Positions 1-11,509 of a stretch of 64,000 bases of DNA are shown piece after piece; position 1 is the stretch's first letter; each line of letters starts with the position of its first letter. Where the stretch lies: contig NSIF01000004.1 in assembly GCA_002737665.1 (NCBI GenBank), positions 2,228-66,227 of the forward strand, given 5' to 3'. The translations under genes were made by a program, and so were the position numbers. The stretch is from Flavobacteriales bacterium. Its GTDB lineage: Bacteria > Bacteroidota > Bacteroidia > Palsa-965. The notes under the pieces were generated by a model, which was not told the origin of the DNA, did not search any database, and was given only the letters and a program-made list of their open reading frames with translations.

Positions 1-189
1 TTGTCCTTGCGTAATCACATGCCTTTGCTTCACTCCAATTTTTTCCATGTTAACACTTTTTACATCTGGAAAATTGCTGTAATAGTCTTCGTTTGTATAA
101 ACGTTACTTGGGAGTGTATAGCTGAGACATTTTATAATTGAAGGCATAAAATCAAAGATATTGGTATTCTTTACAAGATTTGAAATCAA
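1..189 (-). CDS. Partial CDS running off the left edge (5' part only); product unknown
   Basis: The reverse frame is stop-free for 100 codons (300 to 1) and in phase with the window edge, which is unusual in AT-rich DNA. The only in-frame starts are TTG at 189 and ATG at 147. The translation ...LISNLVKNTNIFDFMPSIIKCLSYTLPSNVYTNEDYYSNFPDVKSVNMEKIGVKQRHVITQGQ matches no family I recognise. Confidence 0.3.
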   Translation of the reverse strand, partial: MISNLVKNTNIFDFMPSIIKCLSYTLPSNVYTNEDYYSNFPDVKSVNMEKIGVKQRHVITQGQ

Positions 190-353
190 ATAAATTCTAT
201 TTCCTGTTAATAGTTTAATTTTAAAATCTATGTTTCTCCATTTATTTTGAACCCAATATGGCTTTTTATCTGTTTTTGGGACTCTTTTTGAGGTATTAAA
301 TCATAAAATGTTTTTTTTAATCGATCAAATCAGTAAAAATTATTTATTGAGAT

Positions 354-383
354 GTTGTTTATGTCCTATAATTATTACCTTTG
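354..383 (+). promoter_or_regulatory. Candidate Bacteroidota sigma-A promoter for the rpsL operon
   Basis: TACCTTTG (376..383) fits the -7 consensus TAnnTTTG, with GTTG (354..357) 18 nt upstream as a possible -33 element. It lies 74 nt before the rpsL ATG. A TCCCC(387..391)/GGGGA(404..408) hairpin sits at the predicted mRNA 5' end. Confidence 0.3.
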
Positions 384-456
384 CCCTCCCCAAAAACCGA
401 GTAGGGGACTGTACTTTTTGCTAAAATAACTGATTATCAACAAATTGTAATTAAAT

Positions 457-861
457 ATGCCAACGATTAATCAACTCGTACGCAAAGGCCGAATCAAGAT
501 TACTATTAAGAGTAAGTCTGCAGGTTTGAATAGCTGTCCACAGAAGCGTGGTATATGCACTCGTGTGTATACTACTACACCTAAAAAACCAAATTCTGCT
601 CTGCGAAAAGTTGCGAAAGTGCGTTTGACAAATAAACTTGAGGTCATCGCATATATTCCTGGTGAAGGACACAACTTGCAGGAACACTCTATTGTACTTG
701 TACGTGGAGGTCGTGTGAAAGATTTACCTGGAGTACGTTACCATATTGTACGTGGAGCGCTTGACACAGCAGGTGTTGACGGTCGTAACCAACGTCGTTC
801 AAAGTATGGAACTAAAAAACCAAAAGCAGGTGCCGCAGCAAAGACGGCCGCTAAAAAATAA
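457..861 (+). CDS. rpsL: 30S ribosomal protein S12 (uS12)
   Basis: The translation [12 protein letters not shown]...[11 protein letters not shown]...GVRYHIVRG is canonical S12. It is the first gene of the str block. Confidence 0.98.
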   Translation: MPTINQLVRKGRIKITIKSKSAGLNSCPQKRGICTRVYTTTPKKPNSALRKVAKVRLTNKLEVIAYIPGEGHNLQEHSIVLVRGGRVKDLPGVRYHIVRGALDTAGVDGRNQRRSKYGTKKPKAGAAAKTAAKK

Positions 862-897
862 TTTTTTAATTAACTAAACCGATTACCTCTCACTTAA

Positions 898-1365
898 ATG
901 AGAAAAGCTAGAGCAAAAAAACGACCACTTCTCCCTGATCCGAAATTTTCGGACATCCTCGTTACACGTTTCGTGAACAGTTTGATGTATCAGGGAAAAA
1001 AATCTACAGCGTATATTCTTTTTTACGATGCAATTGATATTGTTCAGAAAAAAGCTGATGCAGATGGATTAGAAACTTGGAAAAAAGCACTTATAAACGT
1101 TACTCCTAACGTTGAAGTTCGTAGTCGCCGTGTTGGTGGCGCAACATTCCAAATTCCGCAAGAAATTCGCCCAGAACGTCGTACCGCTTTGGGGATGAAA
1201 TGGCTTATCAGCTATTCACGTGTTCGAAATGAAAAGTCAATGGCATCTCGTTTAGCTGCTGAAATTGTTGCAGCTGCTAAAGAAGAGGGTGCCGCATTTA
1301 AAAAGAAAGAAGATACTCACCGTATGGCAGAAGCAAACAAGGCTTATGCACATTTCCGTCTATAA
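898..1365 (+). CDS. rpsG: 30S ribosomal protein S7 (uS7)
   Basis: 155 aa. The motifs PDPKF...LVTRFVN and [16 protein letters not shown] are typical of S7. It follows rpsL. Confidence 0.98.
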   Translation: MRKARAKKRPLLPDPKFSDILVTRFVNSLMYQGKKSTAYILFYDAIDIVQKKADADGLETWKKALINVTPNVEVRSRRVGGATFQIPQEIRPERRTALGMKWLISYSRVRNEKSMASRLAAEIVAAAKEEGAAFKKKEDTHRMAEANKAYAHFRL

Positions 1366-1385
1366 TAAAGTAGTGAACAACTAAT

Positions 1386-3509
1386 ATGAGCGATTTAGCA
1401 TTTACAAGGAACATTGGTATAGCAGCCCACATTGATGCAGGAAAAACAACCTGTACTGAGCGTGTTCTTTATTATTCTGGAGTAAACCATAAAATTGGTG
1501 AGGTTCATGATGGCGCAGCTACCATGGATTGGATGGTTCAGGAGCAGGAACGTGGTATAACAATCACTTCTGCTGCAACGACTTGTTTTTGGAAATACCG
1601 TAACAATAATTATAAAGTAAATATTATTGATACACCGGGTCACGTTGACTTTACAGTTGAAGTGAATCGTTCCCTGCGTGTTTTGGATGGTTTAGTGTTC
1701 CTTTTTTCTTCTGTTGATGGTGTTGAACCTCAATCGGAGACTAACTGGCGACTTGCTGATAATTATAACGTAACCCGAATTGGTTTCGTTAATAAAATGG
1801 ATCGCGCAGGTGCTGACTTTCTTAATGTTGTTAAACAAGTGAAGGAAGTCCTTGGTGGAAATCCAGTTCCCCTTCAATTGCCAATTGGTGGCGAAGAAAA
1901 TTTTAAAGGAGTTGTTGATTTGATTAACAACCGTGGAATTGTTTGGAATGAAGCTGACCAAGGAATGACATTCACAGAAGTTCCGATTCCAGAGGATATG
2001 ATTGCTGATGTTGCTGAATGGAGAGAGAAATTACTAGAATCTGTTTCTGAATTTGATGACCAGTTGATGGAGAAATTTTTCGACGACCCAAATTCAATTA
2101 CAGAGAAAGAAATTCTTACTGCTCTTCGTAAAGCTTGCATCGCCAATAAAATTGTTCCAATGGTTTGTGGTTCTGCTTTTAAAAACAAAGGTGTTCAGAC
2201 GATGCTCGATTACGTAATGGAGTTGATGCCTTCACCAATGGATAAAAAAGCTACAATTGGTACCGACCCTGACTCTGGGGAAGAAATTTCTCGTAAGCCA
2301 GATGTTACTGAGCCGTTCACAGCTCTTGCTTTTAAAATTGCAACTGATCCTTTTGTAGGTCGACTTGCTTATTTCCGAGTTTATGCTGGTCGATTAGATT
2401 CAGGTTCCTACGTATTAAACACACGTTCTGGTAACAAAGAACGTATCTCTCGTATATTCCAAATGCATGCAAACAAACAAAACCAGATTCCTTTTATTGA
2501 AGCTGGCGATATTGGTGCTGCGGTAGGATTTAAAGACATTAAAACAGGCGACACACTTTGTGCTGAAGCTCATCCAATTGTTTTGGAGGCAATGAATTTC
2601 CCAGAGCCAGTAATTGGAATTGCAGTTGAACCTAAAACTCAGGTTGATTTAGATAAATTAGGCATTGCTTTATCAAAGCTTGCTGAAGAAGATCCAACAT
2701 TCCGTGTACGTACAGATGAAGAAAACGCACAAACCATTATCAGTGGAATGGGTGAGCTTCATTTAGAGATTATAGTTGACCGTTTACGACGTGAATTTAA
2801 AGTTGAAGTAAACCAAGGTGCGCCACAAGTTAATTTTAAAGAAGCATTTACAGGCACTGTCGCACATCGTGAAGTATATAAAAAGCAAACAGGCGGCCGT
2901 GGTAAATTCGCGGATATCAAATTTACAGTATCGCCAGTTGATGCTGACTTTGTGCCAGATGCAAAAAATGGTGGTCTTCAATTTGTAAATGAAATTAGCG
3001 GTGGTAATATTCCACGTGAATTTATTCCAGCAATTGAAAAAGGATTCCGCGCTTCAATGGTAAATGGTGTATTAGCAGGTTATCCTGTTCAAACTATGAA
3101 GATTCTTCTTTCTGATGGATCTTACCATGATGTTGACTCGGACGCATTGTCATTTGAAATATGTGCAAAAACAGCATACCGTGAAGCTTTACCAAAAGCA
3201 AAACCAGTTCTTCTAGAACCAATCATGAAAGTAGAAGTACTTACTCCAGAACAAAATATGGGTGATGTTGTAGGAGATTTAAATAAGCGTCGTGGTCAAA
3301 TTGAAGGAATGGATTCAAGAGCGGGTATTCAAGTTGTAAAAGCAAAAGTTCCACTTTCTGAAATGTTTGGTTATGTAACTCAGTTGCGTACGATTACTTC
3401 AGGACGTGCCTCTTCAACTATGGAATTTTCACATTATGCAGAAGCACCGAAAAGTACCTCTGAAGAAGTCATTGCAAAAGCAAACGGAAAAAAAACAGCA
3501 AAAGCATAA
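1386..3509 (+). CDS. fusA: Translation elongation factor G
   Basis: 707 aa. It has GTPase motifs [17 protein letters not shown] and NKMD, and sits in the conserved rpsG-fusA position. Confidence 0.98.
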   Translation: MSDLAFTRNIGIAAHIDAGKTTCTERVLYYSGVNHKIGEVHDGAATMDWMVQEQERGITITSAATTCFWKYRNNNYKVNIIDTPGHVDFTVEVNRSLRVLDGLVFLFSSVDGVEPQSETNWRLADNYNVTRIGFVNKMDRAGADFLNVVKQVKEVLGGNPVPLQLPIGGEENFKGVVDLINNRGIVWNEADQGMTFTEVPIPEDMIADVAEWREKLLESVSEFDDQLMEKFFDDPNSITEKEILTALRKACIANKIVPMVCGSAFKNKGVQTMLDYVMELMPSPMDKKATIGTDPDSGEEISRKPDVTEPFTALAFKIATDPFVGRLAYFRVYAGRLDSGSYVLNTRSGNKERISRIFQMHANKQNQIPFIEAGDIGAAVGFKDIKTGDTLCAEAHPIVLEAMNFPEPVIGIAVEPKTQVDLDKLGIALSKLAEEDPTFRVRTDEENAQTIISGMGELHLEIIVDRLRREFKVEVNQGAPQVNFKEAFTGTVAHREVYKKQTGGRGKFADIKFTVSPVDADFVPDAKNGGLQFVNEISGGNIPREFIPAIEKGFRASMVNGVLAGYPVQTMKILLSDGSYHDVDSDALSFEICAKTAYREALPKAKPVLLEPIMKVEVLTPEQNMGDVVGDLNKRRGQIEGMDSRAGIQVVKAKVPLSEMFGYVTQLRTITSGRASSTMEFSHYAEAPKSTSEEVIAKANGKKTAKA

Positions 3510-3536
3510 TTAACGTTCTTTTAAATAAAAAGTAGA

Positions 3537-3845
3537 ATGAGCCAAAAAATTCGCATAAAATTAAAATCGTACGATTACAACCTAGTTGATAAATCGGCTG
3601 AGAAAATTGTCAAAACAGTAAAAAGTACTGGTGCGGTTGTAAGTGGACCAATTCCATTGCCAACACACAAGAGAATTTTCACTGTTCTTCGTTCCCCACA
3701 CGTAAATAAAAAAGCGCGTGAGCAATTTCAGCTATGCAGCTACAAGCGTTTGTTGGATATTTATAGCTCAACTTCTAAAACAGTTGATGCTTTAATGAAG
3801 TTAGAGTTGCCAAGTGGAGTGGAAGTAGAAATTAAAGTTCCATAG
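3537..3845 (+). CDS. rpsJ: 30S ribosomal protein S10 (uS10)
   Basis: 102 aa, [13 protein letters not shown]...GPIPLPT...RSPHVNKK. It follows fusA directly with no tuf between, which is the usual Bacteroidota arrangement. Confidence 0.98.
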   Translation: MSQKIRIKLKSYDYNLVDKSAEKIVKTVKSTGAVVSGPIPLPTHKRIFTVLRSPHVNKKAREQFQLCSYKRLLDIYSSTSKTVDALMKLELPSGVEVEIKVP

Positions 3846-3892
3846 TTGGAATTAGTACCTTAAAGAGTAAACAATAATTCAAAATAAATAAA

Positions 3893-4510
3893 ATGTCTGG
3901 CTTAATTGGTAAAAAAATAGGAATGACTAGCATCTTTGGTGCCAATGGTAAGTATGTACCATGCACGGTTGTGGAAGCTGGTCCTTGTGTTGTCACACAA
4001 GTAAAAACCAAGGAGAAGGATGGGTATGAAGCCCTCCAACTCGCCTTTGACGAGAAAAAGGAAAAGAATACTTCAAAATCGATGCAAGGACATTTCAAAA
4101 AAGCGAATACTACGCCGAAACGAAAGCTTGTTGAATTTAATGATTTTGAAGGAGAAAAAAATGCAGGTGATGTTATCACAGTTGAACTTTTCTCTGAAGG
4201 AGAATTGGTTGATGTGAGTGGAATATCAAAAGGAAAAGGATTTCAGGGCGTTGTAAAACGTCATGGATTTAGTGGTGTTGGTGGACAAACTCACGGTCAG
4301 CATGATCGTGACCGTGCACCAGGGTCACTTGGAAACTCTTCCTATTCTTCCCGCGTTGTGCCAGGTATGAGAATGGCTGGTCGCACGGGTGGAGACAATG
4401 TGAAATCTCAAAATTTAACGATCCTTAAAGTGATGCCGGAAAAAAATCTTTTGATCATTAAAGGTTCTATCGCTGGTGCAAAAGGTTCTTACGTACTGAT
4501 TCGAAAATAA
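3893..4510 (+). CDS. rplC: 50S ribosomal protein L3 (uL3)
   Basis: 205 aa, [10 protein letters not shown]...[14 protein letters not shown]10-operon order. Confidence 0.98.
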   Translation: MSGLIGKKIGMTSIFGANGKYVPCTVVEAGPCVVTQVKTKEKDGYEALQLAFDEKKEKNTSKSMQGHFKKANTTPKRKLVEFNDFEGEKNAGDVITVELFSEGELVDVSGISKGKGFQGVVKRHGFSGVGGQTHGQHDRDRAPGSLGNSSYSSRVVPGMRMAGRTGGDNVKSQNLTILKVMPEKNLLIIKGSIAGAKGSYVLIRK

Positions 4511-4513
4511 AAA

Positions 4514-5143
4514 ATGGAACTCGCAGTATACAACACAGACGGAAAAGCAACGTCAAAAAAGGTAAGCTTGAATGATTTAGTTTTCGGAATTGAACCGAAT
4601 GATCATGCAATATATCTTGACGTTAAGCAATATCTTGCCGCTCAGCGCCAAGGTACAAGCAAGTCAAAAGAACGTGCGGAGATACACCGTACTACCAAAA
4701 AGCTGAAACGCCAAAAAGGTACAGGCGGAGCACGTGCTGGTAGCATGAAATCTCCTTTGTTTCGCGGTGGTGGAACCGTATTTGGTCCGAAGCCACGTGA
4801 TTACGATATGAAACTCAATAAAAAAGTGAAAGCACTTGCTCGCAAATCTGCACTTTCTTATAAAGCAAAAGAAAATAATATTATTGTTTTGGAAGACTTT
4901 AATTTCGAAGCACCTAAAACAAGTCAGTACACTTCTATTCTCAATAATCTTAAAGTTGCAGATAAAAAAACACTTCTAATTCTTGGCGATGCTAACAAGA
5001 ATGTTTATTTGTCTTCACGCAACTTGAGCCGTGCGAAAGTTGTTACTGTTTCGGAATTAACTACCTACGACATTTTGCATGCAGGAAATATTTTGCTTGC
5101 AGAAAGTTCAGTTGCCACAATTGAAAACCTGCTTAAGAATTAA
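4514..5143 (+). CDS. rplD: 50S ribosomal protein L4 (uL4)
   Basis: 209 aa with the [13 protein letters not shown]...FRGGG motif. It starts 3 nt after rplC. Confidence 0.97.
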   Translation: MELAVYNTDGKATSKKVSLNDLVFGIEPNDHAIYLDVKQYLAAQRQGTSKSKERAEIHRTTKKLKRQKGTGGARAGSMKSPLFRGGGTVFGPKPRDYDMKLNKKVKALARKSALSYKAKENNIIVLEDFNFEAPKTSQYTSILNNLKVADKKTLLILGDANKNVYLSSRNLSRAKVVTVSELTTYDILHAGNILLAESSVATIENLLKN

Positions 5144-5146
5144 GCC

Positions 5147-5437
5147 ATGAACGTTTTAATAAAACCTATCATCACCGAAAAAATGACATCTAACGTTGGG
5201 ACAACTCCACGTTATGGTTTCGTAGTAGACACCAAAGCAAATAAACTTCAGATTAAAACTGCAGTTGAAAAAATGTATGGTGTTACTGTATCATCAGTTA
5301 ACACGATGAATTACATTGGCAAAGTTCGTATGCGTTTTACACGCGCCGGCACGCAAGTGGGCATCGCTAATCGTCACAAAAAAGCTGTCGTGACACTCAA
5401 GCAGGGAGACCTAATTGATTTTTACAGCAATCTCTGA
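5147..5437 (+). CDS. rplW: 50S ribosomal protein L23 (uL23)
   Basis: 96 aa, ...IKPIITEK...YGFVVD...KTAVEKMYGV. Conserved position. Confidence 0.97.
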   Translation: MNVLIKPIITEKMTSNVGTTPRYGFVVDTKANKLQIKTAVEKMYGVTVSSVNTMNYIGKVRMRFTRAGTQVGIANRHKKAVVTLKQGDLIDFYSNL

Positions 5438-5461
5438 TAATTAATAAACCTATAGAGAGAA

Positions 5462-6286
5462 ATGGCACTTAAGAAATTCCGTCCGCTTACGCCCGGACAA
5501 AGACACAGAACTAATGTTACCAATGGTGACATTACTACATCAACTCCTGAAAAGAGTTTGTTAGCACCGATTTCAAAGTCAGGTGGTAGGAACAATACAG
5601 GAAAGATGACCATGCGCTATATTGGCGGAGGTCATAAACGTATGTATCGTGTTGTCGATTTTAAACGCGACAAGCATGACATTCCTGCATTAGTAAAAAC
5701 AATTGAATACGATCCTAACCGTACAGCGCGAATTGCGTTACTTGTTTATTCTGATGGTGAGAAACGTTACATCATAGCTCCAAATGGTCTTAAAGTTGAC
5801 ATGAAAATAATGTCAGGAAAAAAGGCGATACCTGAAGTTGGGAATGCTCTTTTTCTTTCTGATATTCCATTGGGAACAATTATTCATAATATTGAATTGC
5901 GTCCAGGTCAAGGTGCAAAAATTGCTCGCTCAGCTGGTTCATTTGCACAATTAAGTGCACGTGAAGGTCGCTTTGCAACGTTGCGTCTCCCTTCTGGTGA
6001 AACTCGTATGGTACTCGTTACCTGTCTTGCAACAATTGGAACAGTTTCTAATTCTGATCACAATTTACAAAGTGATGGAAAAGCTGGCCGTAATCGTTGG
6101 TTAGGTCGTCGTCCTCGTACTCGTCCGGTTGCCATGAACCCAGTAGATCATCCTATGGGTGGAGGAGAAGGTCGTGCATCAGGTGGTCACCCACGTTCAC
6201 GTTCTGGTAAAAAATCAAAAGGATTGAAAACACGTTCATTGAAAAAAGCATCGAGCAAGTATATCATTGAACGACGCAAAAAATAA
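5462..6286 (+). CDS. rplB: 50S ribosomal protein L2 (uL2)
   Basis: 274 aa, ...GGGHKR.YR.VDFKR..., [17 protein letters not shown]-type motif. Confidence 0.98.
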   Translation: MALKKFRPLTPGQRHRTNVTNGDITTSTPEKSLLAPISKSGGRNNTGKMTMRYIGGGHKRMYRVVDFKRDKHDIPALVKTIEYDPNRTARIALLVYSDGEKRYIIAPNGLKVDMKIMSGKKAIPEVGNALFLSDIPLGTIIHNIELRPGQGAKIARSAGSFAQLSAREGRFATLRLPSGETRMVLVTCLATIGTVSNSDHNLQSDGKAGRNRWLGRRPRTRPVAMNPVDHPMGGGEGRASGGHPRSRSGKKSKGLKTRSLKKASSKYIIERRKK

Positions 6287-6299
6287 TTAAAAAAAGAAA

Positions 6300-6587
6300 A
6301 TGGCACGTTCACTGAAAAAAGGTCCATTCGTGGAACCATCATTAGAGAAAAAAATAGTAACCATGAATGCTGGTGGCAAAAAATCAGCTATCAAAACTTG
6401 GTCGCGTCGATCTATGATCACTCCTGATTTTGTTGGTCATACATTTGCGGTGCATAATGGAAATAAATTTATTCCTGTTTATGTAACAGAAAATATGGTT
6501 GGTCATCGTCTAGGGGAATTTGCACCAACACGTACTTTCAGAGGTCACTCTGGAAACAAAGACAAAGCAACTGGGGTTAAGAAATAA
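6300..6587 (+). CDS. rpsS: 30S ribosomal protein S19 (uS19)
   Basis: 95 aa, [11 protein letters not shown]...[22 protein letters not shown]. Confidence 0.98.
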   Translation: MARSLKKGPFVEPSLEKKIVTMNAGGKKSAIKTWSRRSMITPDFVGHTFAVHNGNKFIPVYVTENMVGHRLGEFAPTRTFRGHSGNKDKATGVKK

Positions 6588-6610
6588 TTAAGATCCAAAC
6601 GAAAAATAAT

Positions 6611-7009
6611 ATGTCACGTAGAAAAGAACTTGTAGCAAATGAACGTAAAGAGGCGATGAAGACAACATACGTCGCGCGCCTTCGTAACTGTCCAACATCA
6701 CCACGTAAAATGCGACTTGTTGCAGATATTATCCGTGGAAAAGAAGTTTTCAAAGCGCTTAACATTCTTCGCTTTACAGAGAAAGAAGCAGCTGGACGAC
6801 TAGAGAAATTGCTTCGCTCTGCTATCGCTAACTATGAAAAAAAATCTGGTGGTGCTGCACAAGCAGACGAACTTTTTATTAAAACAATTATGGTAGATAG
6901 TGGAGCAATGCTTAAAAGAATTTCTCCTGCACCGCAAGGTCGCGCTCACCGTATTCACAAACGTTCAAATCATGTTACTTTAATTATTGATCAAGTTACC
7001 AACGCATAA
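6611..7009 (+). CDS. rplV: 50S ribosomal protein L22 (uL22)
   Basis: 132 aa, ...[14 protein letters not shown]...[16 protein letters not shown]. Confidence 0.97.
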   Translation: MSRRKELVANERKEAMKTTYVARLRNCPTSPRKMRLVADIIRGKEVFKALNILRFTEKEAAGRLEKLLRSAIANYEKKSGGAAQADELFIKTIMVDSGAMLKRISPAPQGRAHRIHKRSNHVTLIIDQVTNA

Positions 7010-7036
7010 ATATCATAAAGAAATAAGCATCAAAGA

Positions 7037-7798
7037 ATGGGACAAAAAGCAAATCCAATAGGTAATAGACTCGGAATTATCCGTGGTTGGGAATCCAACT
7101 GGTATGGTGGTAAACATTATGCTGATAAACTTTTTGAAGACGAGAAAATTCGTAGTTATTTGAAAGTTCGTCTTGTAAAAGGAAGTATTTCGAAAATCGT
7201 GATTGAACGAACAATGAAGTTGATTACGGTTACTGTACACACCGCACGTCCGGGTATTATTATCGGAAAAGGTGGTCAGGAAGTTGATAAATTAAAAGAA
7301 GAAATTAAGAAGCTTACAAAAAAAGAAGTTCAAATAAATATATTTGAAATCAAACGTCCAGAATTGGATGCAAGATTAGTAGCAGATAGTATTGCTCGTC
7401 AAATTGAAGGTAGAATTTCTTTCCGTCGTGCAGTAAAGATGTCAATTGCTTCAACTATGCGCATGGGTGCAGAAGGAATTAAAGTAAAATGTTCCGGTCG
7501 TTTGGCTGGTGCAGAGATTGCACGTGTAGAAGGTTATCATGAAGGCCGCGTTCCATTGCATACACTTCGTGCTGATATTGATTATGCACTTGCAGAAGCA
7601 CATACTTCTTATGGTCGTATTGGAATAAAAGTTTGGATTTGCAAAGGAGAATTATTTGGCAAGCGCGACCTTTCACCAAACCCACCTGCAGCCGCTAATG
7701 AGAAAAAAATACCAAATAATGCTGGTGCAGGACGTGGAAATCGTCAGCGCCGAAATAATAACAACCGCCGCGAAGGTGGTTCAAACGAAAGTAAATAA
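7037..7798 (+). CDS. rpsC: 30S ribosomal protein S3 (uS3) with N/R-rich C-terminal tail
   Basis: 253 aa, [14 protein letters not shown]...[10 protein letters not shown]. The basic, Asn-rich tail is common in Bacteroidota. Confidence 0.98.
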   Translation: MGQKANPIGNRLGIIRGWESNWYGGKHYADKLFEDEKIRSYLKVRLVKGSISKIVIERTMKLITVTVHTARPGIIIGKGGQEVDKLKEEIKKLTKKEVQINIFEIKRPELDARLVADSIARQIEGRISFRRAVKMSIASTMRMGAEGIKVKCSGRLAGAEIARVEGYHEGRVPLHTLRADIDYALAEAHTSYGRIGIKVWICKGELFGKRDLSPNPPAAANEKKIPNNAGAGRGNRQRRNNNNRREGGSNESK

Positions 7799-7841
7799 AT
7801 ACAGGACGATTAACATCATCCCGCTCTAACGACAAATAATC

Positions 7842-8270
7842 ATGTTGCAGCCGAAAAGAACGAAGTACAGAAAGATGCACAAAATGAAAATAAGAGGTAA
7901 AGCTACGCGCGGTACCCAACTTTCATTTGGATCTTTTGGAATAAAAGCAATCGAAGAATGCTGGATGACCGGCAAACAAATTGAGGCAGCCAGAGTTGCA
8001 ATGACTCGCTTCCTTAAGCGTGAAGGTCAGGTTTGGATTCGCGTTTTCCCTGATAAGCCGATTACCAATAAACCTGCAGAGGTTCGTATGGGTAAAGGAA
8101 AAGGTGCACCTGAATATTGGGTAGCAGTTGTGAAATCAGGAACAATTTTGTTTGAAGCCGAAGGCATTCCTATGGCTACTGCAAAAGAAGCGCTTCGACT
8201 AGCAGCACAAAAATTACCGATAGCGACAAAATTTGTTGTGCGTAACGATTATTCACCTGAAAATGCATAA
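7842..8270 (+). CDS. rplP: 50S ribosomal protein L16 (uL16)
   Basis: 142 aa, [11 protein letters not shown]...[17 protein letters not shown]. Confidence 0.98.
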   Translation: MLQPKRTKYRKMHKMKIRGKATRGTQLSFGSFGIKAIEECWMTGKQIEAARVAMTRFLKREGQVWIRVFPDKPITNKPAEVRMGKGKGAPEYWVAVVKSGTILFEAEGIPMATAKEALRLAAQKLPIATKFVVRNDYSPENA

Positions 8271-8290
8271 CGCATAAAATTAACATTGTG

Positions 8291-8494
8291 ATGAAACAGA
8301 AAGAAATTACACAGATGTCAGTGAGTGAAATTAACGAGAAACTTTCCGAGGAGAAAGCGACTTTGGTTAAATTGGAACTCAACCATTCCGTATCGCCAAT
8401 TGAAAATCCGTTAAAAATTCGTGGCTCACGTCGTACAATTGCACGTATGATTACTGAACTACGCAAACGCGAAATAGAAAGTACTAAAAACTGA
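8291..8494 (+). CDS. rpmC: 50S ribosomal protein L29 (uL29)
   Basis: The ORF-track start at 8288 is a GTG immediately followed by ATG at 8291. MKQKEI...[19 protein letters not shown] is the typical L29 N-terminus, so the ATG is preferred. Confidence 0.95.
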   Translation: MKQKEITQMSVSEINEKLSEEKATLVKLELNHSVSPIENPLKIRGSRRTIARMITELRKREIESTKN

Positions 8495-8523
8495 TTGTTC
8501 GAAAAAGAAAAGCAACAATAAAC

Positions 8524-8790
8524 ATGGAAGCAACTATAAATCGTAGTGATCGAAAAGAAAAAACAGGAACTGTTGTCAGTAACAAGATGACGAAATCTAT
8601 CGTGGTTTCTGTTGAACGTAAAGTAAAGCATGAGAAATACGGGAAATTCGTAAAGAAGACCTCTACTTTCATGGCACATGATGAAAAAAACGAATGTAAT
8701 ATCGGTGATACAGTTCGAATCATGGAAACTCGTCCAATGAGCAAAAGCAAATGTTGGAGACTTGTTGAAATAATTGAACGTGCGAAATAA
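8524..8790 (+). CDS. rpsQ: 30S ribosomal protein S17 (uS17)
   Basis: 88 aa, ...[27 protein letters not shown]... Confidence 0.97.
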   Translation: MEATINRSDRKEKTGTVVSNKMTKSIVVSVERKVKHEKYGKFVKKTSTFMAHDEKNECNIGDTVRIMETRPMSKSKCWRLVEIIERAK

Positions 8791-8819
8791 TTTTTCTTAG
8801 AATTGAAAATAAATAGAAA

Positions 8820-9188
8820 ATGATCCAACAAGAATCAAGGCTTTCAGTAGCCGACAATAGTGGAGCAAAAGAAGTTCTTTGTATACGTGTACTAGGCGGT
8901 ACTCGAAAGCACTACGCTTCCATAGGTGATAAAATTGTGGTAACAGTGAAGCATGCGCTTCCTTCTGGTAACACAAAAAAAGGAACCGTTTCAAAGGCAA
9001 TAGTTGTTCGTACTCGTAAAGAGATTCGTCGTGCCGATGGTTCTTATATTCGTTTTGACGACAATGCTTGTGTGCTTTTAAATGCGCAAGATGAGCTTCG
9101 AGGAACGCGTATTTTCGGACCAGTTGCGCGTGAATTACGCGATTCAAATTATTCAAAAATTATTTCACTAGCACCAGAAGTGCTTTAA
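8820..9188 (+). CDS. rplN: 50S ribosomal protein L14 (uL14)
   Basis: 122 aa, [27 protein letters not shown]. Confidence 0.98.
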   Translation: MIQQESRLSVADNSGAKEVLCIRVLGGTRKHYASIGDKIVVTVKHALPSGNTKKGTVSKAIVVRTRKEIRRADGSYIRFDDNACVLLNAQDELRGTRIFGPVARELRDSNYSKIISLAPEVL

Positions 9189-9201
9189 TATAGCTTGCAA
9201 A

Positions 9202-9525
9202 ATGAGTAAGTTCAAAATAAAAAAAGGGGACACCGTAGTTGTAATTTCAGGAGCTCATAAAGATGCTGAAACACGTCGTAAGGTTGTTACCATAGACACA
9301 ACATCAAGTCGTGCAACTTTGGAAGGTATTTCTGTAAAAAAGCATACCAAGCCATCTGCAAAACATCCGCAAGGAGGTATTGTTGACATGCCTGCAACAA
9401 TACACATTTCCAACTTAATGGTTGTTGGTCCAGATGGAGCTCCAACACGCGTTGGTCGTCGCATTGATGAAAAAACAGGCAAACTAGAACGCTATTCTAA
9501 AAAATCTAACGAGGCGATTAAATAA
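9202..9525 (+). CDS. rplX: 50S ribosomal protein L24 (uL24)
   Basis: 107 aa, [17 protein letters not shown] (KOW motif). spc-operon position. Confidence 0.97.
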   Translation: MSKFKIKKGDTVVVISGAHKDAETRRKVVTIDTTSSRATLEGISVKKHTKPSAKHPQGGIVDMPATIHISNLMVVGPDGAPTRVGRRIDEKTGKLERYSKKSNEAIK

Positions 9526-9527
9526 AC

Positions 9528-10088
9528 ATGACTACCTTAACCTACGCACCCCGAATGAAAAAGCATTACCGTGAACTAGTAGTTCCGGCATTGCAGAAAA
9601 AATTTAATTATACTAGCACGATGCAGGTTCCTCGTTTGGAAAAAATCTGTATCAACCAGGGAGTTGGCGACGCAGTTGCTGATAAGAAACTGATTGAAGG
9701 TGCGCTGAAAGAAATGGCAACGATAACAGGTCAAAAAGCTGTTGCAACTATTTCTCGTAAAGATATTTCCAACTTTAAACTTCGTAAAGGAGTTGCAATT
9801 GGTGTAAAAATTACCTTACGTGGTGATAGGATGTATGAATTTCTAGATCGTTTGATTGCTGCTTCTTTACCACGTATTAGAGATTTCCGTGGAATCAATA
9901 CTAAAGGTTTTGATGGTCGAGGGAATTACACACTTGGTATCACTGAGCAAATCATTTTTCCGGAAATTGACATTGACAAAGTGAACAAGATTATGGGTAT
10001 GGATATTACCTTTGTTACGAATACAGAATCTGATGAAGAGGCACAAGCTTTATTAGCAGAATTTGGGTTACCATTTAAAAAACAGTAA
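9528..10088 (+). CDS. rplE: 50S ribosomal protein L5 (uL5)
   Basis: 186 aa, ...[14 protein letters not shown]...[13 protein letters not shown]...PRIRDFRG. Confidence 0.98.
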   Translation: MTTLTYAPRMKKHYRELVVPALQKKFNYTSTMQVPRLEKICINQGVGDAVADKKLIEGALKEMATITGQKAVATISRKDISNFKLRKGVAIGVKITLRGDRMYEFLDRLIAASLPRIRDFRGINTKGFDGRGNYTLGITEQIIFPEIDIDKVNKIMGMDITFVTNTESDEEAQALLAEFGLPFKKQ

Positions 10089-10142
10089 AAACAAGGGAAT
10101 CGCAAATAAATTATTATCTTTGCACCCCGATTAGCAAAAAAT

Positions 10143-10412
10143 ATGGCAAAAGAATCGATGAAAGCCCGTGAAGTGAAGCGTCAAAAATTAGTTGATCGCT
10201 ATGCTGAAAAACGCGCTAAGCTTAAGAAAGAAGGAAAGTGGATGGAATTGTCAGAGTTACCTCGTAACTCTTCCAAAGTTCGTCTTCGCAACCGTTGTAA
10301 ACTTACAGGTCGTCCTCGTGGATATAACCGCCAGTTCGGTCTTTGTCGCAATATGTTCCGTGAATTAGCCCTGAACGGTAAAATTCCTGGGGTAACAAAA
10401 TCAAGCTGGTAA
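10143..10412 (+). CDS. rpsN: 30S ribosomal protein S14 (uS14), long Cys-poor form
   Basis: 89 aa, [13 protein letters not shown]...[13 protein letters not shown]...FRELA..G.IPGV.KSSW. Confidence 0.97.
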   Translation: MAKESMKAREVKRQKLVDRYAEKRAKLKKEGKWMELSELPRNSSKVRLRNRCKLTGRPRGYNRQFGLCRNMFRELALNGKIPGVTKSSW

Positions 10413-10491
10413 GCACGACCAGCAGACATACGCAAGTAATTGCGTTTTGTATAATTATCCTGCGTGCGGGATAAAATATAAAACAGTTAAA

Positions 10492-10890
10492 ATGACTGAT
10501 ACTATTTCCGATTACCTGACTCGCGTCAGAAATGCTATTAAAGCAAACCACCGTGTGGTAGAAGTTCCCGCTTCTAACATGAAGAAAGAAATAACCAAGA
10601 TTCTTTTTGAAAAAGGATATATCTTGAATTATAAATTTGATGATGCTGTAAATTCTCAAGGCATTATTAAAATAGCCCTTAAATATCATCCTGTAACTAA
10701 GTTGTCTGCAATTCGCGGGCTACTACGTATTTCTAAGCCTGGTCTTCGTAAGTACGCTGGTGTTGATAGAATACCTAGAGTTCTTAATGGACTTGGAGTT
10801 GCAATTGTTTCTACCTCTAAGGGTATTATGACCGATAAAGAAGCCCGCAAAGAAAATGTAGGTGGTGAAGTAGTTTGTTTTGTTTATTAA
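10492..10890 (+). CDS. rpsH: 30S ribosomal protein S8 (uS8)
   Basis: The ORF-track start at 10447 is a TTG lying inside a structured spacer. The ATG at 10492 gives the canonical N-terminus [15 protein letters not shown]. Confidence 0.95.
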   Translation: MTDTISDYLTRVRNAIKANHRVVEVPASNMKKEITKILFEKGYILNYKFDDAVNSQGIIKIALKYHPVTKLSAIRGLLRISKPGLRKYAGVDRIPRVLNGLGVAIVSTSKGIMTDKEARKENVGGEVVCFVY

Positions 10891-10911
10891 CCGCAAAGGA
10901 GCACATAAATC

Positions 10912-11466
10912 ATGTCACGAATAGGAAAATTACCAATCGTATTGCCAAATGGAGTTGATGTAACTGTCAGCAGTAATAATGTTGTTACAGTGAAAGGTCC
11001 TAAAGGTGAACTTAAGCGTACTATTGACCAAGCAATAACTGTAAAGGTTGATGCTGGAATAGTTTCTCTTTCACGCCCAACTGAGCAAAAGCGTCATAAA
11101 GCACTTCATGGTTTATATCGTTCATTGATAAATAACATGATTATAGGTGTAGCAACTGGATACAAATCGGAGCAGGAGCTTGTTGGTGTTGGTTATCGTG
11201 CAGTTGCAAAAGGCCAGATTCTTGAATTGACATTAGGATATTCGCACAATATTGTTTTCGAATTACCTACTGAAATAAAATTAGTGACAACAGCAGAAAA
11301 GGGACAAAATCCAAAAATTATTATGGAGTGTTCAGATAATGAACTTTTGGGATTAGTATCTGCAAAAATTCGCTCACTTAGAAAACCTGAGCCTTACAAA
11401 GGAAAAGGTATTAAATATACAGGAGAAGTGCTTCGCCGTAAAGCTGGTAAATCTGCTGGTAAATAA
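10912..11466 (+). CDS. rplF: 50S ribosomal protein L6 (uL6)
   Basis: 184 aa, MSRIGKLPI..P.GV.V...VTVKGPKGEL. Confidence 0.98.
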   Translation: MSRIGKLPIVLPNGVDVTVSSNNVVTVKGPKGELKRTIDQAITVKVDAGIVSLSRPTEQKRHKALHGLYRSLINNMIIGVATGYKSEQELVGVGYRAVAKGQILELTLGYSHNIVFELPTEIKLVTTAEKGQNPKIIMECSDNELLGLVSAKIRSLRKPEPYKGKGIKYTGEVLRRKAGKSAGK

Positions 11467-11509
11467 AAAAACGTATATACCGGCCAAAACCGGTTAACAG
11501 AGAAAGAAA

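Noticed and set aside
451-687. Minus-strand ORFs of 78 aa and 67 aa overlapping rpsL
   Set aside because: They are antisense to a highly conserved S12 gene. Their translations are low-complexity with no recognisable family. Such antisense shadow ORFs are typical of strongly codon-biased genes.
3509-3537. Absence of tuf between fusA and rpsJ, and of adk after secY, as a possible deletion
   Set aside because: This is the normal arrangement in Bacteroidota, where tuf sits with secE-nusG elsewhere. The junctions are short and clean, so there is no evidence of rearrangement.
3832-4179. 115-aa minus-strand ORF overlapping rplC
   Set aside because: It is antisense to L3, Phe/Ser-rich with no motif, and there is no independent intergenic space for it.
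8176-8831. Two long minus-strand ORFs (167 aa and 115 aa) spanning rplP-rpmC-rpsQ
   Set aside because: They lie completely inside three conserved ribosomal-protein genes on the opposite strand. Their hydrophobic, low-complexity translation is an artefact of antisense reading of Lys/Glu-rich codons.
10447-10491. N-terminal extension of rpsH from a TTG start, as given in the ORF track
   Set aside because: The extension ([15 protein letters not shown]) overlaps the hairpin-rich spacer. The ATG at 10492 gives the canonical S8 N-terminus [15 protein letters not shown].
10303-10689. 128-aa minus-strand ORF across rpsN/rpsH
   Set aside because: It is antisense to S14 and S8 with no family resemblance.
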